Assembly: GCA_977017575.1 (NCBI GenBank) | Contig: CDRNVI010000043.1 | Location: 310,001 to 374,000 of the forward strand | Direction of reading: 5' to 3' | Source: Paramoeba atlantica | Taxonomy: Eukaryota > Protista > Discosea | Length of the DNA: 64,000 bases | In this document: piece by piece, positions 19,892 through 29,882 of the stretch | How positions within the stretch are numbered: position 1 is the first letter of the stretch | Layout: every line of letters starts with the position of its first letter | The notes under the pieces: model-generated | The model's database searches: none | Told to the model about the DNA's origin: nothing | Seen by the model: the letters and a program-made list of their open reading frames with translations, nothing else | Translations under genes and position numbers: made by a program

Positions 19892-21868
19892 TCACTCTTT
19901 GATACGTTTCCGTACTTTTTGACTAAGCCGTCGAATTTCTTTCTGAAATGAATTCCATTCACTCTGATGTAGAGGGGATGATGAAATGGAATTATATGAA
20001 ATCCCGTCAAATACATGTCGCGTTATCTCATAATCTTCACCATTGTACGTAACGCGCCGGGTCATAAAATCCCATGGTCGGTACAAGCCAGGAGGAGTAC
20101 TGAAATCTTCTCCGTGTTGGTTTCTTGAAGAATCGTTGGATTGAAGCATAAACTGAGAGAAGTTAGGTGCTCGACCGACATCGGCAATACAAAACAGAAC
20201 ATTACCATGCCACGAAGTTTGCCTACCGCTCAGTACGTGGAAGCCTCCTGCAGAGCCTCCCAAAATGATCATTGAAGTGGGAATATCCACAAACGTCCCG
20301 CAACAGACTTCTTCCTCTCCGATGCAGGTATGAAGTAGTATGTCACATGTACGCACTGGAGAAGAAAAGGTTGTCCCACGTTTTCTTAAATTTGTTGATT
20401 TATTAAGCCTGCTACCTGGACGAACAAGATATACGCCGTTGTGTGCTGTGCCAAACAGAATGCATTGCGGCGCGTGGTAAGAACATGGGAGAGAACGTAC
20501 CAACATGCATTGAGTTTCTCCAGGAATATCAAAAATACTGTGAAGGGTAAGATCATGACCGTTTATCAGATTACCAGAATAGTATTCCCAGAAAGAGATG
20601 AAAACTTTCGGGTTATAGACAGTTTCATCATTTACAGTTGCAATTGTTACCAAGAACCGTCGGTTACTTGTCCAAGTGTGCTCATAATGGAATATGTCAA
20701 AAGAGAAGTTTGAGCATCTGTCATCACTCGAGATCTGTTTAGAGTTCGTAGAATCTACGATCCTCTTTTTCCACTGTTGCGAACGTGATTCCAAAAAGAT
20801 AAGCTCGGTGTAGCTGTCCAATACCACGGGGTTTAGTGAAACTGATGTGACCAAAATTCCAACATATTCTAACGAGTTGGAGAAGGTTTGTAAACCATGA
20901 GAAAGAGTTTTGCAAATTGATCGGATAGGAAAGCGTCTGTCGTGCTTCTCCGGCATGGGATCTTCAGCCTGGAAACTAGTGAGTAGGCGTACTGATCCCA
21001 CACTCGGAGTACAGCTGAGAGCTAGTGACGCTAAAAACGTCACGGTGAGTGGACCTTGCGCAGTAAGCTTAATTTCGAAAAGACCTACGGCAGCGTCGTA
21101 GCCTATGGCTACGAGATGAGTGTCCAGAGTTCCCTCCACTGAAAATACATTTCTTTTCTGTGCTTGCACCTTTTTTAACAAACATATTGTATGAGTGGTG
21201 CCTTTGAAGATGTTTGTCAACGATGGAGTAAAAAGAACTTCACAGTGCCTCATGGCTTCTGGCGTGTTGATATTCCTCCGTAAAATAATACTGGAAACGC
21301 CATTGTATGGATGACAGCTAATGAGTGTATTGGCACTAAGCCACCGGACGTATGCGTCACCCATCCAGTCGTAGGATGCATAAGATTTGTTTGCTTGTAA
21401 TCGATTCCTGTGAGCGACGTCGTGAGATGGATGTAACTCCCATCTATATACGAATTCCATTGTTTCAATGTTCACTACCCACCCATGATGAAAGGTGATG
21501 ATGCAAAGATATTTGCTTGACGAACCAATTAGTATTTCATATATTGATTCTCCAAGATTAAGAAAACAAGCATTGCGCCAGCTGTCAAAATTCTGAACGC
21601 GAAATACCTTAATGATACCGGCATCATCTCCAGTTACGATAACCGCACCTCCTGGTGGATCGATAAAAGAATCGCAACATGTGATTTCGCTATTGTGTAA
21701 AGCGCATGACGATGTTCCAGCAAAGTCTAATGTCGAAGCACACCATTTTCCGTAAGACTCACATTCGGTCGTGGGAAGCGAGCTAGTAGAGTTCGGCTGA
21801 AGAAAAGGCAGTCTCCCGTGCAGCGATACGTGATCCAGAAATGAGGTTATCATGTGACATAAACACAA
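19892..21868 (-). CDS. Divergent WD40/beta-propeller-like protein (658 aa)
   Basis: IVTGDDAGIIKVFRV, ILFGTAHNGVYLV and IILGGSAGGFHV resemble WD strands. Confidence 0.6.
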   Translation of the reverse strand: MCLCHMITSFLDHVSLHGRLPFLQPNSTSSLPTTECESYGKWCASTLDFAGTSSCALHNSEITCCDSFIDPPGGAVIVTGDDAGIIKVFRVQNFDSWRNACFLNLGESIYEILIGSSSKYLCIITFHHGWVVNIETMEFVYRWELHPSHDVAHRNRLQANKSYASYDWMGDAYVRWLSANTLISCHPYNGVSSIILRRNINTPEAMRHCEVLFTPSLTNIFKGTTHTICLLKKVQAQKRNVFSVEGTLDTHLVAIGYDAAVGLFEIKLTAQGPLTVTFLASLALSCTPSVGSVRLLTSFQAEDPMPEKHDRRFPIRSICKTLSHGLQTFSNSLEYVGILVTSVSLNPVVLDSYTELIFLESRSQQWKKRIVDSTNSKQISSDDRCSNFSFDIFHYEHTWTSNRRFLVTIATVNDETVYNPKVFISFWEYYSGNLINGHDLTLHSIFDIPGETQCMLVRSLPCSYHAPQCILFGTAHNGVYLVRPGSRLNKSTNLRKRGTTFSSPVRTCDILLHTCIGEEEVCCGTFVDIPTSMIILGGSAGGFHVLSGRQTSWHGNVLFCIADVGRAPNFSQFMLQSNDSSRNQHGEDFSTPPGLYRPWDFMTRRVTYNGEDYEITRHVFDGISYNSISSSPLHQSEWNSFQKEIRRLSQKVRKRIKE

Positions 21869-22070
21869 ACCATGAACCCCACATAAGTGATGTACTACTA
21901 AAAAACTTTACCAGAACTACTAAAAATGTATCGATAATGAAACAGTGCTACAATATCTTGATTTTAGAATAAAAAGCGGTACGTGAATGAAGTTTCCCAG
22001 CAACGAACGTTTCGATTCGTCAAAAGAACAGAAACGGATGAAAGATTGAACGTCCCTACGGGAAGACACC

Positions 22071-22802
22071 TCAGAAGGGGTGTACAGAGGTCGGTAAACA
22101 TGCAAAAACCTCATTCGCTATCGCATCTACCGAAGCCATGGCGCCGACTCCGAAATCTCCACATGCTAAAACTTTGGTCACCGGGGGAACTACAACAATC
22201 CCAAGCTCTTGCGTCAAAATGTTAAGATGCTTTGTTGTGAGAGGATGACAGTACATTGCTGTGTTCATGGCGGGTGCCACGATAAATGCCTTCTGGCGAA
22301 TTGGCCATGAACGAGCAATGCAGGTTAGCAAATTGTCGGCCATGCCGTTTGCTATTTTAGACATTGTATTGGCGCTTAGGGGGGCAATAACAAATAAATC
22401 GGCCCAATTTCGCAAAGTGATGTGCAAAACGGAATCGCCAACGCGTTTCCATTCTTCTGTTTCACTCGAATCGTCATACACCCCCTCAACACTGAAAGCA
22501 GGTCTATTCGGCAGATGTTGCATGTTATAACAACCAAACTCACGGATGTCATCGGTCGTGGAATTTGTGCGGCGGATTTCCATTATCACGCGGTCACACT
22601 GTTCTTTTGAAACGAAATCATAAGCATGAGAAGTGAAGACAATACGCACGCTTAGTGAGACGAGTTCAGACCTCAGTGAACTTTCGTTTTGTTTGTAGAA
22701 CCTTTCACGTATTGACGTAAGAAAGTTCTGTAGTTTAATAGCCGCAACGCTTCCAGTGATTCCCACAAGAAGATGTTGTGTCTTGTCAGGATAACTTTCC
22801 AT
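22071..22802 (-). CDS. PPCDC: Phosphopantothenoylcysteine decarboxylase (Hal3/CoaC flavoprotein)
   Basis: LLVGITGSVAAIK, LHITLRNWADLFVIAPLSANT, PAMNTAM, LACGDFGVGAMA. Confidence 0.93.
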   Translation of the reverse strand: MESYPDKTQHLLVGITGSVAAIKLQNFLTSIRERFYKQNESSLRSELVSLSVRIVFTSHAYDFVSKEQCDRVIMEIRRTNSTTDDIREFGCYNMQHLPNRPAFSVEGVYDDSSETEEWKRVGDSVLHITLRNWADLFVIAPLSANTMSKIANGMADNLLTCIARSWPIRQKAFIVAPAMNTAMYCHPLTTKHLNILTQELGIVVVPPVTKVLACGDFGVGAMASVDAIANEVFACLPTSVHPF

Positions 22803-23150
22803 TACATTAAACCTCCACGTTTTATGAATTTCATATTCTCATAATAATGATTTTCGTTAGTTCTAGACGCTTTTTACATGGGTGATAAGGTAATAATACT
22901 ACGGACTTCGATTGGTATTTAGCCGATTAGTTGAACATTTTGTAGATACAATTTGATTCTTCTTCTTCCACCTCGAATGTGCAAGTTTCATTTCACTTTA
23001 GAAGTACAAATACACAAATTTCTTTTGTGCTGTTGCACATGGTCCTTAAAATCTCCGTCGATTGGGAAACTGCTCTGGTTTAAAGCTACTTTAAAGAACT
23101 ACGACGATGTTTCAGCAGCCGGATGTATATTTACATGTAGGCGCTTTAGT

Positions 23151-24155
23151 TCAAATAGCTTCCAGAAGAAGTACTCCTAGAGAGGAGAAAATGCCAATAC
23201 CGTAAGACCCTGTGAGCATCAATATAACAGTGCCTGCGCACATTGAAAAATAGAGTTCCATGAGGCGTAAAAATCTTTCTGGAAAGATCCAGATGATACC
23301 CAGGATAAAGGCGAATTTGGAGATAAATGGACACAACAGAGGTAGGACGTGGCATGGAGGCAACCTTTTTTGTATCACGTTCTCTGAGAGACTTGAATTA
23401 CCTAATGTATTCTTCTGACGCACTGTTTTAGGAAGGACATCAAGTGACTCTCTCAGTTGTTTAGATTCTCCACTTTTCGTTGTTGAAAGATCTCCACCGC
23501 TCTCGAGTCGATACGAGGGAGGAGGGGTTACAGACATAAACTGAACCGGAGGACTTTCCCATTTGAGGCGTTGGTTTGATGAGAGTGGAGTCGGAGGAAT
23601 GCTACGACTTTTAATATCATACGATACAAAAAGCTTGATTTTAACACAGCTCATCAGCCAAATGAATTCCATTAGATTGCGATATAGAAAAACTGTCGTG
23701 AGTGGCCACAAGTTTGTAATTTGGGTATTTATAACCGCACACACATCCGTTTTACGTATAACATCCGTAGTGCATAGCCAGATGGACAGTGCATCACACA
23801 CTGGAGAAAGTGCATATTCACTCGGTATGATAGTTTCCCTGAGAGATATAGCCACTACGAAGAATATTCCCACCAATAGAAACAAATAAAGCCTCGCCCC
23901 ACAATTCGTCATTGCGACATAGGAACTCGAAATGATTTCATTCGCGCGCCAAACGAAGTTCTGCCGGTTGTAAATTATATGCGCCCAGGCCTGGGGACGC
24001 AACAACAGTACATCCAGAAGCACGATCGGGGTATCATACTCAATATAGGGATCGCAAGTATGAAAGCATGAAGGGCAGGAGCTGAGTCTTATAAAGGCCT
24101 CGTCGTCGTCTTGAAGACGTTCAACTACGCTGTTGCATTCGATGCAAATTGGCAT
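23151..24155 (-). CDS. ARV1: Arv1-like protein
   Basis: MPICIEC...LSSCPSC..CDPYIEYD.PIVLLDVLLLRPQAW.H..YN Arv1 homology domain plus TM segments; likely start 24155. Confidence 0.88.
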   Translation of the reverse strand: MPICIECNSVVERLQDDDEAFIRLSSCPSCFHTCDPYIEYDTPIVLLDVLLLRPQAWAHIIYNRQNFVWRANEIISSSYVAMTNCGARLYLFLLVGIFFVVAISLRETIIPSEYALSPVCDALSIWLCTTDVIRKTDVCAVINTQITNLWPLTTVFLYRNLMEFIWLMSCVKIKLFVSYDIKSRSIPPTPLSSNQRLKWESPPVQFMSVTPPPSYRLESGGDLSTTKSGESKQLRESLDVLPKTVRQKNTLGNSSLSENVIQKRLPPCHVLPLLCPFISKFAFILGIIWIFPERFLRLMELYFSMCAGTVILMLTGSYGIGIFSSLGVLLLEAI

Positions 24156-24359
24156 CCGACATGACTTAATAATAAGTTTATTGGAAATAGGCGATACAAA
24201 CAAATGTAGAAAGTGCAATGCGGCACTACAAAACGAACCGTGTTGCAATCAATACCCATTCGTAAAGCCTACTCGCTCTATTAAAACATTTTGTTTAGTA
24301 GCACTTCAGTATAAAGTTCGAAAAACTATAATAGAAAAAAAGAAATGTATCCTGGTTAC

Positions 24360-25679
24360 CTAGATCTTTCCTACTTTGGACCCTACAAACAGATATCCAC
24401 TGTGAGGATTAGACTGTACTGTTGGATGCGTTCGTGACGGAAGTATTTGATATTCCCGCACATTGCATTCCATAACATGGCATTGCACAGGAACTCCATC
24501 GCATCCATGTGATGCGGTGCGGGTTCTCATTTCTGTCCTTGCATTTTCACGAAAAACAATGGAATCCCAACATCGCCGGACGTGAAAAAATAACTTTTCA
24601 AGATTTGTTATACTCGGAGAAAAAATACAAAAACATCCCCCCAATGCCAAATACGGAAAGAAAGCATCGAATAGATCAATATGATCCCACTTGGAGGCAA
24701 TGACTAAACATGTGGGCAAGCCTTGAGAATAATCATTTTCGTCTACGTCACTTTGCAAGCACAAATTAGACATGGCCTTGTCTGTAGCTTGACCAGGTTC
24801 ACCGAGCAAAGACCACATGGTATTATTTTCACTATTGACGTGTCGAATGCAATGATTTCCTTGAAAGGCAAAAGCAGATACTACTTTCCATACGTTTTTT
24901 CCGGAAGTTAAACCCAAAGCTTTTGCCACAAAGGTTTTAGGAGTTGACTCTCTCGAAAGAATCTGATACATTTTTGCTTCTCCAGACTTGTTTGACTGTA
25001 GGCGATGCAAGATGGCTGCTGGAAGGATGCCTTGACTTTCGTCATATATGAGAACGCGTGAATCGAACATGACATGAGCATGATCAAGAATCCGTTGGAC
25101 CGTATCAGTACTAAGGTAAATGGGAGACTTCCTTTGGGCGTATTCTGTGCAAAAATCAGCAAGACACGGCCTTCGTATTTGATAGATCTGGCTCCAGCGC
25201 TCTGCTTTTTTCTGCACGTACTTCATTTGAGCCATTTTTGTTTTAGAGGAAAAAGTTGAACTATTCTGAACAAGCTCGTCTACCATGGATACCACACCTT
25301 CATCCGTGGCTTTTCTTTTCGTAATGATTTTGTTGTCCAACTTTTGCGCTGTTGATGTATCGATCAAGTTCCTGTTGTCGGCAGTCTCATTTATTATTTC
25401 ACCCTGCGTGTTTGGATTAGACGTGTCGTCCCAGATATCTTCAGATTTTGGCTTTTCGGCTTTTTTAAATATTTTGTTATTCATACTATATTCAACGAAG
25501 CTATTGTAAGGTAAACCGACTAGCTCAGTTGCTTTCACTTTACCTACGTGACGTAATTTAAGCTGACCATACTCAGTCACGTGAACAACAGCATTCGATG
25601 AACTACCATGAAAATATACGTAGTCGCCATGCTGAACCTGGTAATCGGTAGGTACGGTACGAGGCTCTGTCGTCTGCAT
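24360..25679 (-). CDS. TRM6: tRNA m1A58 methyltransferase non-catalytic subunit (Gcd10)
   Basis: DNRNLID..AQKL, NSSTFSSKTKMAQMKY..KK, REYQILPSRTHP...SGYL. Confidence 0.9.
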   Translation of the reverse strand: MQTTEPRTVPTDYQVQHGDYVYFHGSSSNAVVHVTEYGQLKLRHVGKVKATELVGLPYNSFVEYSMNNKIFKKAEKPKSEDIWDDTSNPNTQGEIINETADNRNLIDTSTAQKLDNKIITKRKATDEGVVSMVDELVQNSSTFSSKTKMAQMKYVQKKAERWSQIYQIRRPCLADFCTEYAQRKSPIYLSTDTVQRILDHAHVMFDSRVLIYDESQGILPAAILHRLQSNKSGEAKMYQILSRESTPKTFVAKALGLTSGKNVWKVVSAFAFQGNHCIRHVNSENNTMWSLLGEPGQATDKAMSNLCLQSDVDENDYSQGLPTCLVIASKWDHIDLFDAFFPYLALGGCFCIFSPSITNLEKLFFHVRRCWDSIVFRENARTEMRTRTASHGCDGVPVQCHVMECNVREYQILPSRTHPTVQSNPHSGYLFVGSKVGKI

Positions 25680-26015
25680 TTGATACAGTAAATGACAGTG
25701 TATGTAGAAAACTTATTTCATAGCACTTCTGTCTCTACGATTAATACTGTGATTAGTAAAGTTTAATGACTGTATCAGTCCATTACACACGCAACAAGTA
25801 TCTATTTTATGTAGTTGTCTTGTAGTTTGCTGTCTACGTGAGTGATTTTTACGTACCTGTATGCACATGAACTTATTACACGTGTATGCACATACAGTTC
25901 AAGAAATAAAGTTTGCTTAACAGTTTTTTATATGCGCATCCACGGGCTTGTGGTATACATTGTACAACTTGAAAATAACTTATATAACTCGAAAATTTTA
26001 AGGAGACAATTGGGA

Positions 26016-26477
26016 TCAGCGCATTTTAATAATGGGTGCGCGGTAGTCTTCTATATAGTCATCCGAGAGTTCGGCTCTTTGGTTAACCAGTGATCTACAA
26101 TTTTCTGCATTATACTGCGTTTTCCAATATGCACCATAGGAAAGATACATGACGTATGACAATGCGAATAAATACAACCAGTTGAAGATGCGAATGTCAA
26201 TATTCCCTGTCGAAGAACGAAATTGCATATAGTGAGGAAGTACATGCTTCAGGTAAGCTCTGTCTTCTTCTGGAAACTGATCAAAGCTAACTCGACCTTT
26301 GTTTCGAGTAGCCTGTTTCACAATTTTCCTTAGATAACCGTATTGGCGCTGTGTACGTCTTAAATTGCGGAAATATGTAAGAAACAGATAAAGTGAATCA
26401 ATCAATGTTTCATTGATCCGCCGTATGATCACAGATCGGAGAGCCTTTGACATTATGATAAGCACCCTAAAAAACAA
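26016..26477 (-). CDS. Hypothetical protein with one C-terminal TM helix
   Basis: 153-aa ORF on the coding strand; FNWLYLFALSYVMYLSYGAYW. Confidence 0.55.
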   Translation of the reverse strand: MFFRVLIIMSKALRSVIIRRINETLIDSLYLFLTYFRNLRRTQRQYGYLRKIVKQATRNKGRVSFDQFPEEDRAYLKHVLPHYMQFRSSTGNIDIRIFNWLYLFALSYVMYLSYGAYWKTQYNAENCRSLVNQRAELSDDYIEDYRAPIIKMR

Positions 26478-26772
26478 ACAATCTTCTTTTATGTAAAGCT
26501 CCGCAGTGCGTCAGCACTGCTACATTTCGCTGCAATCCGCTAACATTTCTATGAAGTGCAATTATGTACTAGTAAACAAAAAAAATTGTTGTTGAACTAT
26601 AATGATATGCCAACTGGAAAATATTATAAGACATGATTCATAATTATGGCGTACCGATATAAAACAAAAAAATGTAAAATATCTCAGTAAACCACGTTTG
26701 CCGTGCTTTCAACCAGTAGCACCGATTCGGTTATGTAGTAGCGAAAAGCTGAGAACGAAGCCTACCCCTGGT

Positions 26773-28110
26773 TTACTCCTGGTCACCTCGCCGTCCCTCG
26801 GCAACGGGACTACTGTCTTCACCATCTTGCGTGACATGGGTGCATGTGGTATCAGGGCTTATTGCCTCGTTGCCCGGCGCCGAATCTACATTCTTTGATG
26901 CCTCTTCAGAGGCATCCGAGCCCTCCGTACCCGCCTCCCCTGCCATGCTCTCCTGTGGAACTTCTGTGGGTGGAGGTACCGCCTCAGTTGGGGTAGCAGG
27001 AAGAGAAGGGGGAGGTGGGGGAGGAGGCGGTGGAGGGGGAGGAGGCGGTGGAGGTGCTCCAAATAAATGTGTCTTCTGCCCCCAGGAAGCGATACCCTTT
27101 CCTCCACGACTAATGTCAATGGTGCCCATCCCTTTGGCTCGAAACCCCAGGCGGGGAGCATTGGCTGTTTTCAAAAACTTGAGCACTAGCACACAAGCAC
27201 GCATGGAGACCCCCAGCTTGTCGAGCTCGGACCACTGGATAGGGACGGGGTTTAACCCGGCCTGCGCGATGGCCTCCACAGATTTATCGTAGCCCCGCTG
27301 TACTAGGACGTCAAATTTTGTCTCGGTGGTGTAAAAAGATAAAAAATGACACCCAGGGTCCAAATAGACAATTTGTAAGTCATCATGAGGGCGTGCCCGC
27401 TTGTACTGGTCCACGGCAAAAAGACCGTGTTCATCCTTCCAGGCAAGAATCACATTTTCTCCGGCGAACCCAAAGTAGTCGCCCAACGCCGGAGCGTCAC
27501 TCTCTTGCTCAATAGTCACCACCTCAAAACTGTTAGTGTCACGCAGGGAGAACAAATTCTTAATTGTCTGCTGCGCCAGCATGTTCGTTCGACTCCCATG
27601 GGCGAGTGCTATGCCACTGGGAAGCATCACAAAGTCACCCGAGGCGCAACGACAGCTTTCCACGTCCTGCATGTAGGTTGTTGTAGAGGTGTTCGCCCCG
27701 CTGGCGCGAATATACCGCAGGGTCTCCTGAAATTCCGGAATGCGATGTTCCAGCCCCAAGGTGGGCATAGAAACAAACGAGGCTCCGATGGACACCATGC
27801 TGTCCGCGGTACGAATGGCGTCAATGTGCGGAAGCTCTGCCATGACGTGTAGTTCATCCACAAGGGTACTGCTGGATAAAATACGATAAAACCCACGAAA
27901 CTGGCTCATGAGCATGTCACGATTCACTACAATGCCGTTTGGACCCGTGGTCGGGACGGTGTGATACGCGGGGGGTCGTACGTAGGCATGGACGACAGTT
28001 CTCTTCGGGCTGCTGAACAGAACTCCCCTGCTCGGTAGGGAAGCCAGATTTCTAGGATGTACAGAGAGAGATCGCAGAAACGACACGCTTCGGAACGCAG
28101 TAAAGGGCAT
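26773..28110 (-). CDS. RESC5: RNA-editing substrate-binding complex subunit RESC5 (MRB11870/GRBC5; DDAH/pentein fold)
   Basis: Matches my recollection of T. brucei RESC5: GPNGIVVNRDML..QFR.FY, ALGDYFGFAG, WKDEHGL.AVDQY, PGCHFLSFY, AGLNP.P.QWSE.DKLG.SMRA. Has a C-terminal 16-Pro run and an acidic tail. Confidence 0.85.
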   Translation of the reverse strand: MPFTAFRSVSFLRSLSVHPRNLASLPSRGVLFSSPKRTVVHAYVRPPAYHTVPTTGPNGIVVNRDMLMSQFRGFYRILSSSTLVDELHVMAELPHIDAIRTADSMVSIGASFVSMPTLGLEHRIPEFQETLRYIRASGANTSTTTYMQDVESCRCASGDFVMLPSGIALAHGSRTNMLAQQTIKNLFSLRDTNSFEVVTIEQESDAPALGDYFGFAGENVILAWKDEHGLFAVDQYKRARPHDDLQIVYLDPGCHFLSFYTTETKFDVLVQRGYDKSVEAIAQAGLNPVPIQWSELDKLGVSMRACVLVLKFLKTANAPRLGFRAKGMGTIDISRGGKGIASWGQKTHLFGAPPPPPPPPPPPPPPPPSLPATPTEAVPPPTEVPQESMAGEAGTEGSDASEEASKNVDSAPGNEAISPDTTCTHVTQDGEDSSPVAEGRRGDQE

Positions 28111-28434
28111 ATTCTGTTTCTATACAGTTAAACTCTCTTCTAATTTACAATGAATAAGCTATTTCGCAGGTAACTCAGGCTGAAATAAGTTACTTCTACT
28201 GAAGCATGTTCGTTTTCTACTATATTTGTACATAACAAACATTCAATAGGGCACATGACGCTTGAGCTTCCCCCCTACTGTAGTGTACATGCCCACGTGT
28301 CTAAAAATTCCCTTCTCACATACCGTTATGGACATTTTCTTAAGTTAAAAACGGATTCTTACCAAGACAAATAGGTTCTTACCCTCATTTTTTGGGTTCC
28401 ACACCCCGTAGGACAATCAGCAAGCTTGCAATTA

Positions 28435-29490
28435 CTAAGTCCGTGCGTCATTCCTTGCCGTGTCGGTGGAAGTTCTTTCTTCATGGGACAGTGATACAAT
28501 CGTTTCCTGGTGATGCGATGAATTCGCTTCATCTAGTTTCGAATTATAAGCTTGTATTTTGTTCAATAGAATCTTTTTAGCTTGTTCCCAGACGTCACGC
28601 TGGTATTTTCGGTGGTCCAACGCAAGTTCGTCTTGCAGCGGCTCATAAAATTCGTATGCTTTCTTCAACTCCGTAACAAAATGAGATTCCAAAGCGGCCA
28701 ATTTCTTCTGGACTAATTCATCTAACTCACTCTCATCGTATGTATCCTCCACCGCAGTGAGTACAGGAGTATCCAATACGGGATCACCTTCAGGGAGGTG
28801 TCTCAACTTTTTCGCTGGTATAGGCAGAATCCAACCACTATCCGTAGATACCCGAGCTTCTACCAAGCTTCCATCCTCTTGCTTTATTTTAATCAGACGG
28901 AGTGAACACAACGAGTTGGTTTTTTCATCTACGTGCTTCACACAAGTAACGTCGATCGGCCATGGATTGTGTAAAATCTGCTTGGGCCGATCCTCCTGCG
29001 CGGGTATTTCTTCCTCCTGTACGTTCACTCCCTCCACAATAATTTGATTTTTGTACGCTAGAACGTTTCGTATGCGACCCCGCTGGCCACGGTGAATGCC
29101 GGTGACTACTTCAACCAAATCTCCAGGATACCACACCCACGGTGATATCTGGTATCCGGGTGTCATCCACACGTAATTTTTCTTTAGTTCACTGAGCTGT
29201 CTTTTGTTCAGGTCTCGCTTCTCCCATTGGGAATGATACGTGTGATCTTGATAAAAATCCAGTTCTGAGGGATGTCGCATGTCTTCCGCTTCTTGAATGT
29301 TTTCTCGATCGGTAAGATCATGTCTGCTGTCGCAATAGTGGCCACGAAATTTGTTGGATAATTTAATATTTCTTAAGCGATTGGGTCCAAGATTGTATCG
29401 CTTTCCTTTCGGGACTTTGGGATAGTACCATGGGTTTCGAAATTTGTATCGCGCAACCTGCACTCTATGCGTTAAGGTACACTTCAGCAT
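28435..29490 (-). CDS. MRPL24: Mitochondrial ribosomal protein uL24m
   Basis: KOW motif WYPGDLVEVVTGIHRGQRGRI...NQIIVEGVNV; presequence-like start and long extensions. Confidence 0.85.
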   Translation of the reverse strand: MLKCTLTHRVQVARYKFRNPWYYPKVPKGKRYNLGPNRLRNIKLSNKFRGHYCDSRHDLTDRENIQEAEDMRHPSELDFYQDHTYHSQWEKRDLNKRQLSELKKNYVWMTPGYQISPWVWYPGDLVEVVTGIHRGQRGRIRNVLAYKNQIIVEGVNVQEEEIPAQEDRPKQILHNPWPIDVTCVKHVDEKTNSLCSLRLIKIKQEDGSLVEARVSTDSGWILPIPAKKLRHLPEGDPVLDTPVLTAVEDTYDESELDELVQKKLAALESHFVTELKKAYEFYEPLQDELALDHRKYQRDVWEQAKKILLNKIQAYNSKLDEANSSHHQETIVSLSHEERTSTDTARNDART

Positions 29491-29882
29491 ATTGAGGAAA
29501 AAAAAGCAAAGCTGTATCTAAGATGTAGTAAGTGCTGTTGGATTCACTATCCAAAAGGAGTGACTAATCGAGTAGCTACTGAGATAAACTAGTACATATA
29601 AAAACAAAATACGACAATATTGCCAAGTACCACAAAGTGCATTTCCAGAGCTTAGGAGGATCGAAGCATTGATCTAACAGTAAGTGATCAAGCGAAGGTC
29701 TATTCGGCAGTAACCAAGGTGATTCTTATTCTTCTGGAATAGAATCATCTAATACAATCTCATTCTGTTATTCGATATTTTATATAGTCCATTTCGTCAG
29801 TCCCGATTATGACATTACGACTTCGTCTATTCCTACCCATTTCTACCAAACAACACCCAATCAAATTGGGTAACATACCAAA

